Below, one piece after another: positions 9,258 through 21,037 of a DNA stretch of 35,359 nt. Each line of letters opens with the position of its first letter. Within the stretch, counting starts at the first letter, position 1. Origin of the DNA: Psammoneis japonica (taxonomy: Eukaryota); the NCBI GenBank assembly GCA_008632985.1, contig QPGO01000383.1, forward strand, positions 1-35,359, in the 5' to 3' direction. A program made the translations under genes and the position numbers. The notes beneath the pieces are model-generated. The model searched no databases, had not been told where the DNA came from, and saw nothing but the letters and a program-made list of their open reading frames with translations.

Positions 9258-11913
9258 ATGATATTTGCTGCTATTGCTTTCACAATCCTTTTCTTATTCG
9301 TTCCTGTGTCTTGCTTGTTGTCCGATAATGATGAATCTTTCATTTCATGGTGCCACTGCATGGGACGGTTCGGCAATCAAGTCGACCAATTTCTAGGCGG
9401 CTTGCGCATCGCCAAACAATTGAATCGCACGCTCGTGGTTCCACCCTTTGTGGAATACATCGGGCGCAGTCGACGTTATGTGCCTTTTGAGGAGTATTTC
9501 AATATGTCTAGCTTGCAGCGTACCATCGAGTGTTATCCATGGAGAACTTTTTTCGACGGTATGGACATGACGATTCCTGGAACAGAACAGCCTTTTGCAT
9601 CAAAACGTCGACATTTAACAAAGAGGAGTGCGACATGAGACGAGGACAGCCGTCAACGGATTTCTGGGATTTGTACGATGTTCAATTTGATGAGTCGGTT
9701 CATTACGAGCATTTCCAACTGACTCAGCCTCAAGTCTTTTCCGAATTGTATCCAGCGTCGCAATACCCGGTCGTTCTACTTCAGGGATGTCCTGGGGCCT
9801 ATCCCGTGTTGGCAAAGGACCGTAAATTGCAACGTCACGTTGTTTTTCGTGATGATATGCTACAGGAGAGTCTTGAACAGATTCAGGATCTCCCCAGACC
9901 AATCTTGTCAGTTCACATCCGCAATGGTTTGGATTGGCAACGGGCGTGTCAACATGGAGTTGGAGAGATCTCCTTCATGGAGTCGCCGCAATGTCTAGAT
10001 CCCGTTGGGAATGATACCATTCATGAAAATATGTGTTATCCAAGTCAGAACTTCACAGTGATTAGCGTTCGTCGCGTCGCTGTGGCAAAGGGTGCACAGT
10101 CAGTCTACATTGCAACCGACAAGGATTCGTGGACAATCGAGGTACGGAAAGAATTACGTCGTCATGGTCATGGACACGTTTTAGTACAGACAAGCCCATT
10201 TACGGGTGACAATGCTTATATACAAGACTTGGTTGTATTGAGCACCACAGACTTTTTTCTAGGGAATTGTATTTCGTCCTTTACGGGCTTCGCCGCTCGA
10301 TATCGACGTCATGTGAACATGCTGGACACGTTCTTTGTCGGGCTCAACTACACGGAAGATGATGTGGATGACATAAGCAACAGAGAAAGTTATCCATCAC
10401 GTAGGGAGGAGGTATCGATACCCGTCGACGAGTTCGGATACCATTGGCATGACTACTATGAGCAAGAAAACAGGCGTGCCAAGGCTTGTTACATTTTGCC
10501 CAATGCGGGTTCTGCCGTATCCGAAACGAGCTTGGATTCAACCGAGAAGGACTTTTTCGACGAGTGTGACTATGGCGCTGTGAACAAGCTACGTCGTGAG
10601 ATGAAATACGAATTTCATCGCAAGAATGGAGCGGAATCGTCACACTGGTTTGCACGGGTGAAAATTCTGTGCTTTGTCATGGCAAAAACGTCATGCTTCA
10701 CTTCCCAGACAAGATCGAATCTGGCACAAGAGACTGGCGAGAAGAGAAGAAGATGATTGAGCTAGTGGATGACAATGATGAAGAGTCTACTTATGACCTG
10801 AGAATTTCTCGTCCAACAATAGTGCTGAAGCCTGACTCGCACGCGAATTTCTATCATGCCATGTGTGATTTCTCTAATCTCTATCTGTCTTCACACGTGG
10901 TGGATAGCATCGAGTTTTCAGATTCTCGACATACGAAACAAGAGCTCAAGAAAACTTTTGATTTGCTCGTTTGGACGGATAGAACACAATTTCGTTCAAA
11001 GTTCGACGTGCTATATCGAGCATGGATTGGTTTAGACGGAGAGATTATAACCGCATCATCCTATGCCGGAAAGAAGGTATACTTTGATGAGCTGTTGCTC
11101 AGCTTGAATCCACGGGAACGACAAACAACTTCTTTTACAATATGTACGTCCCCGGCATGATGCGTCCGCTCGATGACAAGTGGGCACGGGGATCTTTCGA
11201 CGTGTCTTGCAGTGGCAGTGACTTCTTTGTAGACTTTTTGGATTTTATAAATCGCAACAACGCCGCCCTGGTCAACACTGCTGATGACTACATGAAGCGA
11301 TCTGATCGCCCCTTGGTCGTTCGAATGCTGTCACGGAGTAGCGGGACAGGGGCCACATCCGGACTCGCAAACTACTGAACGAACAAGAGGTGTTGATGGC
11401 GGTTCGCGAGAAATACAGTGACCAGCAGGTGGATATTTCCATTGTTGACTTTGATTGGTCGCAGCAGCACACAATCGAGAAGCAGATGGAGACTTTTCAA
11501 GCCTGTGACGTGCTCTTTGGTATGCATGGAGCTGGTCTAGCCAACATGTTATTCATGCCCCGATGGTCAAGCGTAGTGGAAGCCTACAACTGTGACGATG
11601 ACTGGTGCTATTCGGACCTGAGCCGCCTTTCAGGTTTTTCGTACTTCCGAGCTACGGAGGCCGACGTGGAACGTTTCAAGCCTGCGGTGGAGGTAAAAGA
11701 GTCTCATCAGGATCACAAGAAATACTTTGACTACAAAATCGACGTGGCCGTAGCCCTAAGGCTCATGAGAATGCTATGGGCGCGGTGATCAGACACAAAG
11801 ACTCTCCTTTTGATGCAAACAGCAAGTCTGTGCAAGATATATTGCGCTTGGATACGGAAAATCCTCACGATCCCAATGTGGTGAAGCCTTATCATATTCT
11901 TGACGAGTTGTAG
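9258..11913 (+). CDS. POFUT1-EOGT: Fusion of protein O-fucosyltransferase 1-like (GT65) and EGF-domain-specific O-GlcNAc transferase-like (GT61) domains. Signal peptide, C-terminal LDEL, ~886 aa after correcting five -1 frameshifts (~9520, ~10640, ~11125, ~11362, ~11767)
   Basis: POFUT1 motifs: WCHCMGRFGNQVDQFLG..IAKQLNRTLVVPP, YHRV.S, VHIRNGLDW..AC, SPQC, SVYIATD, DFFLGNCISSFTGF. EOGT motifs: FFDECDYG, ANFYHAMCDFSNLY, GKKVYF..L.PR, FFYN, RKLLNE, FGMHGAGLANMLFMPRW..VVEAYNCDDDWCYSDLSRLSG. The last frame ends ...ILDEL, TAG at 11911-11913. Confidence 0.82.
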
Positions 11914-12298
11914 GTGAATACCACCTGCAGGTTCTCCGAAGGTGTCTGATCTTTCAAAAGTAGCGCGAAACGAAGAACACTATAGAGACTATTTTATGTC
12001 GTGCGTATCAGTCTCCTTCTTTGTTCAACGCGAGCACAGCTGATTAGATTTTCTTTGTCACGCGAGAAGATTTTGAATGAAGACTAACTTTTCGTGACTT
12101 TGTAATTGTGGAGTAGGATACATTCGGTTCGGCAAGGTTGAACGGCTTTTCCAAAATCATCCTTACTATTCTTATTGTCTTTTTCTCGACCTACTTATGG
12201 ATTGACGATCTGGCTATTACAATGACAACGAGCGACGAAGCATGCGTCCGAGCGCTCACTCTGAAGGGCGAACCTTGCACTCCGCGGTCCATTGAAAC

Positions 12299-13624
12299 CT
12301 AAGGGTCCTCATCAGGCGCCTTGCAGATCAGGTAAGAATCAGCCGGGCGGACCTTGCACTCGAGACCAGGGCAGCACGCCAGATTGGAACATCCATTCCA
12401 ACGGCCCGTACAGCTGCCGGTCGGCGCACCAAAGGAGTTCCAATAGTAGTGCTGACAACCGTTGGCAATGCCACAGCGATCAACGGCGGCACACGTGTCC
12501 GCCGAATTTAAGCAACTAGTGAAATCCATGGTGCAACAACCGCTGCCACTGTTTGTTCCGGTCGGGTTCGCCGTCACAGGAGGACTTCCAGTAGGAGGTG
12601 AAGGAGGTGGAGGATTGGGGTTGATAGTAGGACTGGGAGTTGCGGGAGGTTCAACGGTTGGAGGAGGAGACGGGCTGGGGGTTGGCGATACGGTGGGTCC
12701 GGCAGCTCGAATGACAATCTCAGAACACTGCCAGTATTGCTGGGGATTATCTCCGCTGTCCGGGAGGGGCGGGTAACAGATCTTGCTCATTGATCCGTAA
12801 GGCGTCCATCCTTCAGGCCAACTGTAGTTGTTGTATCCAACGTTACGACAACCCAAATTCGTCAGCCAGTGCCATTGAAGTAAGACACGATCACCCGTAA
12901 CTCCATCGGGTAGCTTGAAGCGATGCCTAAAAAATCTCCAGAAACGTCAGCCTTGCTGTCTGTAATCATCTCACTAAATCCTGGAATGGTTGCATCAGCT
13001 GCGATTTTGGTGCGACACAGGGAGAGACGTGGATCGGAATCAGATCAGGAAAAGAAACGAAGACAAAAGAGATGCAGTACAATTTGTAATAAACTTACAG
13101 CCTCCCGGCCTAAGATAGGCACGATCTGGATAGCTTGGATCCTTTGGAGCTCCATAGAGTTGATCATCGATAAATTCGAGGCGGTTTGCGTCAAAGCAAG
13201 CTTGAGTGGGTGCGTCAACGTCGAGGCAAATTCCCATCTCGATGTGTCCAAGGTGGTTCGCTGATAGGATGGACTCGACTTCGATGATCTGCCCCTCTAT
13301 GTATGTCGCCTGAGGCGTAAACGGCATGGGATTGCCAGACCCTGTCACCCAATTGGTTGTGTAGTCCTTAGCATTGGCACCGACGTCACGTTTTCCACAG
13401 ACCCCGTAGGTATCGCCGCCCACCAAGTGGCAATGGGGACAGTACTCAACGAGGGGGAAAAGGTCAGCGTTGGCGTTGCCGGACTGAACACCATCTTCAG
13501 CCGAGAAAATCTGACGGCTACGGGGGCTGCTCATGTACCCATGCCCATTCACAGTCGTCGCGACGTTGAAGGCGAGGGTAAGGATGAGACTTGAAATCAA
13601 CATGATGTGGGAACAAGTTTCCAA
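12299..13624 (-). CDS. Secreted lytic polysaccharide monooxygenase-like (AA15/AA10, chitin-binding-3 type) protein with Pro-rich linker and Cys-rich C-terminal module. Intron 12999-13098; one -1 frameshift at A-run 12929-12934
   Basis: Signal peptide ending VNG then HGYMSSPRSR (N-terminal His). Second His motif SANHLGHIEMGIC. HRFKLP..LLQWHW and QQYWQCSEI. PTPSPSPPPT linker. C-terminal C..RW..C...CCPGLEC module. Start may be at 13603. Confidence 0.8.
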
Positions 13625-14286
13625 TCTTTATCTGAAACTCTGCAGTTTCTTACAATCTCCAGATTTTATGAGACTGGCAAAATGTGCGAAAAGGGAAGGG
13701 GTTGCAAGTTGCATACATGGGTGACGTCGAAAAGAACAACATTCTAGAATCGAACCGGATTCTCTAGAGGGCCCTAGAATCTTGTGAGCTGTCGTTCATG
13801 TCACGTGCACTCAACCGCTTCCGCCAGAAAAAGTCATCACGCCTTCTTATGCTTTGGGCATGGCGTCGCAACAGAGATGCGATACTCAGTGATAAATGAG
13901 ATGAAAATCACTAAGTGGACGTCCGCGCTTTCAGTCATTTAGCCAAGGGTCCCAAGGCCCGTCCATTTAAATAGGGCATGACCACAGTCTTGAAGGCATC
14001 GTCTGAATCATAATTGGTTGAAAGCAACTCATGACCAGCATCTTGTCATGTCTTGTCCAACCCCGATAGAGGGTGTGGGTGCGTGGGCAAAAGGTGAACC
14101 TCCGGCCCTCCGGCACATCGTCGCTGACGTTCGAACCGTTTCAAAAAAATTCGTCGGGCATCGGGCAGTGTCGCAAGCAAAGGAGGAAGCAGGTCAGACC
14201 GTCTCAAGACCGTTGAGATAACGCTTCTATAACGGATTAATTGGCTCACATTGCTGCATGCATGACGCGAGCGCTTCATAGCTTGA

Positions 14287-15490
14287 AATGAAGTCTCCCG
14301 CGATGCTTGCCGCAACCTCCTATCTCGCCTCCACCAAGGCCCTCCATCTGCTTTTTCCTTTCTTTGATCTTGTGTGTCAAAGTTCCAACAACTCTGCTGG
14401 TGTCATCACCTCGACTCATCCACCTGGGACTCTTTCGTCCAAGAAGAAGAAGGCCTCGCCAAATGTTGCCCTCTCGGTCCCGTCTTTGCCAGCCCAGCCC
14501 TCTCTCTCTCTCTCTTTCTCTCTTGTTCTTTTGTCTGCTTAGCCAAGAACTCCTTCAGCATCTCCCTGGCTGCTCTTGCATTGACGATGCACACGTCTTT
14601 TTTCCTCGCCACTCCACTCTCTCCCATGGTTCCTGGAACGCTTTTCTGCCCTTGTTGGTGCTCCCTGCAGCATCACCCTCAAGCTCCACAAAACCAAGAT
14701 TCTCACCTCCATCACTGGCACCAGTCCCATCCCCTCTCTCTCTCACTCTCAAGCTGGCCCTCTCTGTGCTGCTCTTTTGCATCTCAACCCTTTGAACACC
14801 AACCCTCCCTGCAGTCCTGAGCTCACCTCTGGTGTCCTCTTCCTTGGTCAGCCCCTTGGCTCCCATGAGTTTGCCAACTCCTTCCTCTTCACTGCCTCAT
14901 CCACTCTCTCTGACAAAGTTGGCAAGCTCCTCACCTGCCTTCACAACACAAACAAACCCAAGCCCAACTTTTCAAACACTGTTTCACGCCCTCCTCCGCT
15001 CACCTTCTTGGTGCTGATTTCTGCCATGACTTCAAACCTGACAACCCCCCCTGATCCCTTCCTTTGGACATCTTCCTTCCAAGATTCTCTTTTGACTGCC
15101 ACCCATTGGTTCCTTTGCTGTGTCACCTCCCATGCTGACACTCTCCCAGATCATTCCCTTGCCATCGCCTTTCTTCCAGCTTCTCTCAGCGGCTCTGGTG
15201 TTTGGGACCCAACAGCTGCTGCCATTTCTTCCTTTCTTGTTGCTCTCCTCCATTCCTTCCAATTTGCCTTCCATGGAGTTCAGCTGCTGTTCAGAGATGC
15301 CATTGCTCTCCCTTGCTGCTTCAGGCTGTCCATGTCCTCTTGGAACAACCCCAGCTTGACCCTTTGCCTCTCCACACATGATCTTCTGCCACTGTGCCCC
15401 TGCTCTTGCCTCTGCATCCACCCTTTCATTTTGCAGCACACTGAGCATCACAGCCATGGTGCTTTTCACAGCTTCTTTGGGTCTGCTTAA
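14287..15490 (+). mobile_element. 5'-truncated, degenerate non-LTR retrotransposon (RT domain; CRE-like by motif)
   Basis: RT motifs in order across frames: NEVSR, FPFFDL, EEG..CPLGP (QGxPL-like), CIDD at 14577-14588 (=YIDD), KTKILTS, FLGQPLGS, LP...SGSGVWDP (LPxxxGGLG-like). Confidence 0.75.
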
Positions 15491-18400
15491 AATGATGAAA
15501 AGTCACAGGCAGGGAGCAACAACTGCAAATTGTCAGTGAACCTAGTGGCGCGTGCAATTTGGTCACACCATGTGCAGATGGCAGGTCAGACCTCCTTTTT
15601 TTTGACAGCCAAGTGGATCTCTCTGAAGTCTGCTTCTCTTGCACTTTCTCATTGGCGCACATGTCATCCATTGTTGCCAGTTTCCAGGGAGGTTCATGTC
15701 AATTGCTGACTTGACTGTCCCTGCTTTGACAGGTTTTGGCCCCCTTGTGTTGCACCATGCTTTCTGCACTGTAAACCCCATTTTGTTTTGTTTGGTTTGT
15801 GATCTGATCAAGTGCACCTCTGACCTGCTCTGACCCTGCAAGGTTTTGTTGCCAGAGGAACTTCTGCTTGTGCAAGAACATCTTTTTTGTGCACCTCTCC
15901 CATGGTGACTCCTCCAAGAGGAAAGTCCATCATTGACACCCTTGCTTTCATCAAGGCTGCACTCCAGAAACTTTTCCAAGTCCCTCAAGCCATTCAGCTC
16001 CTTGAAGGCATTTGCAGCAATGCACCAGTTTTTGATCTGGATCTGTTTCTTGATGACAACAAACACACACACAATTGAAAGATCACACTTCAGAGATTGT
16101 CTCAGGTTGCACCCACAGAAAACCCCACTTTTGCCAAGTGCAAGGGGTCCTTCTGATGTCACATCTGTCAAATCCTCACTTCAAGTGAAAGCTCCACTTG
16201 CAGTGGGATCTAAGTGACACACCAAACAACTGCATCACATCAAAAGTGCCTCCAACAAGTGGATCTTTGCTCCCCCCCATGATTCACACTGCACATCTCT
16301 GGCATCCAAGAATCTGTTCAGCCCAGGTGCAGCACCATTGGATGTGCGCAAGCAGTTTGATCAGAATGCTGCAGGTGAAATGAAGGTCCAAAGTTCACTT
16401 GCTCCATTTCATGTGGCCCCATGTCATGGCCAGACCATGTCATTCTGGCTTCTGGCTGGTGGGTTGTTGTTTGTGATGAATCTGACCCCAGGCCACAAGG
16501 CATTGCTTCATGAGCCAAAAGTGCATGTCACAACAACTCTCTGCACACCAGCATTTTTCAATGATGCCTCAACACTCCATGCACACAGCTGATTGTGAGC
16601 ACTGTGTGAGCCCCACAGTGTTTCCTTGCAGCCATGGTGGTCATTGGGGCTTTGCGGTTGCGGATGACAAGGCTGATGACCAGCCACAATGAGCGCACAA
16701 TTTGCTGTCTCTTGAACCACCCCACACAATTCACAAGCTGCTGTCATGGTCTGACACATGCTTCCAAAGATCAGCAAGCTTCATCAGATTGTTGCATCAT
16801 GCTGTGGCACCAATGGCCACAGTGCATTGGAGCAGATGCCATTTCAAGTTCATCCATCTTTTTGCAAAGAGGTGCCAGGGCCACTCAATGGTCACCCGCA
16901 GTCTGTCAACTGCTGGCTGCTTTGTGGTGTTCCAACAAGACTCTTCTTCCTTGCACTGTGAGCATGAAAAATGACTGTGTCCATCAAGAGTGCAATGTGC
17001 ACCAAGAAGTGCCCAACAAGAGCAATGCACAGTGAACATGCCTCCTCAGCAGCACATGCCTCTGCAAGTGCACCAAGAAACAGAAGATTGTTGTTGAGAC
17101 TCCTGACTCTTTCCACTTTTTTTAGCCTGGTCAGACAGTCTTGTGACCAGTGAACACACCAGCAATCATGCTCCAAGTCAGATTTGTGGACAGGAATGAA
17201 GGAACAATGAATTGTCAACACAGAGTGTGGTGGGTGACAATGCCTCAGCTGGCTGCTCCCAAAGCCCCCGGCCAAGGAGACAGCTGTCCAAAAGCCAGCT
17301 GATGCTGTTGTTCCAGCTGGGGGCACTTTTGCAGCTGGTCTTAATGCACCAAGCACTGACAATGATCATCTTTCACATCATGCACCCTTGGTGTGCAACA
17401 TCAAAATGATGCCCAACAAGGCCTCAAAGAGATCATGCCTGGTGTGCACAGGAGATTTCCTTTTTCATGGTTGACCAGCCTTCACACTGGCAACCCTTGT
17501 GTCAAAGGATTTCACATTTTTTTGTCAGTTCTTGAAACGTGAAGTGGCCATGGGAGGGGGGGGTGTCACAGCTTCAAGGTGCACAAGGATGGCTGCCAAT
17601 GGATCAAGCTGCAACAGGAATCATTCGAAAATGTCGCGTGGGTCATGACTGACATTTTGCACAAGGAAAAACACAAAATCGTGTGGAAATGCACACAATG
17701 TCATACGAGAGAGTGATTGGAGCTAATGACTTTTCGGGAACTCAATTGAAATGCCATCTGATCGACGGCATTGCGATGGCCTTCACAAAATGCCGTGGAT
17801 CAGATGGCATTTCAATTGATTTCCCGAGAAGTTGACACTCGCACACGGATGGATGGACAGACTGACAACAATTGTTTTTGGTGCTCTCCCACACAATTTC
17901 CACGTGATGACTCTCAGGACCCGAATGATTCCCATTGTGCTGCCCCACCCACCACAACCCTGCCTCTGGATTTTTGCACATCACAGTCAACTTCAGATCT
18001 CCTGCAGAGCAGTCCATTGCTTTGTTGCCAACAGACAACAGCCTGATGATCACCTTCTGCGGCAGATCTTCTTTCTCCTGAGAGTGAGTTTGCTCATGTT
18101 CTGCTGTTGCCAACATCAACACCAAGGATGTTGCTGCAACTCTGTGTGTGGGCAATGACCCTTGCACTCCCATTGACAATCAGAGAAGGGCACAGGAGCC
18201 AACAAATGTGCCCAACGACTTTTTTGAATTGGTTTGTGCAGCATTGGATCATGGCACTGGGGCTTTGCAGTGACCAGCTCAACACACATCTCTCTGAACT
18301 CACGTTTGGATGCACATGGTGGTGGCACTGCTCCCACGGCACAAAATGAGAATCTTTTCAGGACAGCACCATCAGCTTTTTGAAGGATGGACATGATGGT

Positions 18401-20660
18401 GCTCAACTGGATGCTGGTGCTGACATGGCTGCTGACCCACTGTGCAGAACCAGTGTCTGAGCACCCAGGTGTGACAAGCCATTGACTGTGGAGATTGGAG
18501 GCAAGCTGCCCAGCAAAAGAACTCCAGAAGGACAAATTCACATGGAAGCAGCGCCAGGGCCCCAGCAAAAATGTCAAGACAAAAGTCCAGAGTGTTGAGA
18601 AACTGCACAAAATCCAGCATGGAATCAGCACCGGGGATGTCACAAAAATGACACAAAATTCTGGACTTTCTTGGCATTTCTGCTGTGGACCTCACACTTC
18701 TTTTGCACAAATTTGTCATTCCAGAGTTTTCTTTTGTGGGACAGCAAGGCCACTCTGCGTGCAAGTTGCGCACATGCAACACAGCAAGACATGCAGAGCT
18801 TGAGTCAGTCCCTCTGCATTCCCTTGGCACGAGAATGGGGTTGAGCTCTCAGCACTGCATGGATCTCATGCAGCCCCCTCATGCAAGATGTGCCAATTGT
18901 GTGAGAGCCAGTCAGCTCATGACTTGTCTGCACAGAACTCTTGCAGCTTGCCATGTTGGCGGGCTCACAAGGAATCACACTTTCAGAACAGCATGCTTCC
19001 AAACAATCAGCTGCCCCAATGGGCCAGTGGACAGATGCAGGACATTGCTCACACAACAAGGTCAGTCAAATGGTGGAAGCAACCCAGTGCGCTGCTGCCA
19101 AAAAATGTTGCTGACACCAAATGCTGTGGCCAGTGGCACATCTGGAATTTGTCCTGGCTGATCCACATTGTCTTTTCACTCAGGTTCTGACAAGCACTGT
19201 TATCATGTCTGTTTTTGTCTTGAACATGCAAGCCAGAGTTTGTTCTCTGAGAGACATGTTGTTCAAGCAACTCTCTTTCTGCTGTCTGTTGTGTCAGCCT
19301 GGCACTTGGTGCTGCAGGCAACAGACAAAATTTTAAAAAAATGCTGCTCTCACATTGTGTCATTTCTTCTTCACAGAAAGCATGCATCAAATGTTCATTG
19401 GAAATGCAGCAAAATTGACAGGAACATGTGTCACTTGGTCAATGTCAGCAGCCCTGGTGAGTGCCTCTGTCAAAAGGCACATTTCCATGGGGTGTCCAGC
19501 ACAACAAACAATGTGCCATGCATGTTCAAATTCCAAGCCAGGGTGATGTGTCTTTTGTGTTTTTAGCATGGTCTGCAGTGTTCATTTTGTCCATTTGTTC
19601 CAACTCTGCAAAGTTGACTAATCTCAAACTGAGTGGTCCACAGCCCATGGGCGGTTGAGTTGTCCAATCTTGTGGAGCACATCAATTTCCTTGCATTTTG
19701 ATTTTTTGTGCTGCTGAGCTTTGTGTTGCACCCATCAAGCATTTCATCATCAAAAGTGACATCTCATGCTCAAATGAAGGTGCACACAGATGCTCTTGCT
19801 GTGCATCATGCAGGCTTTTCATCTGATGCACCATCTTGTTCAACTCAATTGGCGTGGACCAGGCTTTTTGTGATCTGCTTCCTTCTGTGCCACTTTGCAG
19901 TGCTGAGGTGGAAGCAGTCTGTGTGTGCTGGTCAAGCCACAGCAAGCTCATTGGTTTCCTTTTCATCCACACAGCACTGCACATTGACAAGATGAGAGAG
20001 TGAGTGTTGTTTCCGGCCTGCACCACCCACTCTTTGCAACTCTCTGGCCAGAGCCCCAAATCTGGGTTCCCAGGTCTGGAGCCCCAGCTTGAGGTCTGGT
20101 GCTCATGGCCTGTGCTGCAACCAATCAGAGAGCTCATCCAAGAGTGTGTCAAACACCAGAAATGGCAGAGTCTGAGAGCAACAGAGGGCAGCCAACCCAT
20201 CAATGATCAGCCTTTTTTGCACCTGGCTGGTGGCTGGAGCAACAGTTGCTGTGCACTCACTCTCATGTTGAAGTTCCAGCAAGCAAGAAAACTTCTGTGT
20301 GAAATGACATGTGCACTGCAGAATCAACACTTTGCATCGGCATGTCAGTGCTGGCTCTGGGCCATTCAAGGGCCTTTCAAGGAATGTCATGCATCTGCAC
20401 CCCAGCGTCACTTTGAGAAGCACACTGGAAAATGACCCTCCTTGGGCTGTCGAATGGAAACAAAGTGTCTTTTGTCCCAGCTCCAGGCTTGTTGAAGACC
20501 TCTTTAGAGGGTTTTTGAATCAGGGTGGGATGCTGGCAAGTGGTTTTTAACAGATGCAGATTTGAAGATCTTTCACAAATTGCACTGGGCTCCACGCACA
20601 CTGGTCTGCATGGAGAATGGGGGGATGGCTGAAACATGCCCTTGAATGAAGTCTCGGTCA
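15490..20660. mobile_element. Array of further TpA/CpG-depleted repeat relics, unclassified
   Basis: Near absence of TA and CG with TG/CA excess. Many Cys/His-rich spurious ORFs on both strands. No family motif recognised. Abrupt return to normal composition at ~20665. Confidence 0.5.
17729..17832. repeat. Inverted repeat/hairpin, 44-bp arms (41/44 match) with 16-nt spacer
   Basis: acttttcgggaactcaattgaaatgccatctgatcgacggcatt (17729-17772) versus the reverse complement of 17789-17832. Confidence 0.85.
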
Positions 20661-21037
20661 TTGGGCGATTATTTTATTGCTGTGCGTAGTGTATGTGCAT
20701 CGTAGCTAAAACAGACTCTGATAGAATTATGCTTGCTAGAGTGTCCTTTTCTACTCAAAGTATTCACCTTAATTTTTCCCAGGGGAAGACTCAGAGAAAG
20801 CAACACCACACTGTCTAATTGAGACCCCATGCGCAAAGGAGGAAACATTTGCTGTTACTCGTTTGAATGTGAACGCAATCAGAAGCAGGCTTGCCACCTT
20901 AGCATCGGAAAGACATATATGGTATGTAGCTTTGCACGATAGTAGTTTTCTTCGTTTGGAGTGGATTAATTTCAGACGAGGAATGGGTCGAATCCTGAAA
21001 CGAAGGATACGGTTATCTTCTTTGAAATGTCGTGAAA

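Noticed and set aside
13741..13782. TTCTAGAA heat-shock-element-like motif upstream of the LPMO
   Set aside because: Too short to support without expression data.
17552..17570. Purine tract followed by TG (possible PPT/LTR start; similar at ~25531-25545)
   Set aside because: No matching second LTR or adjacent recognisable pol region found.
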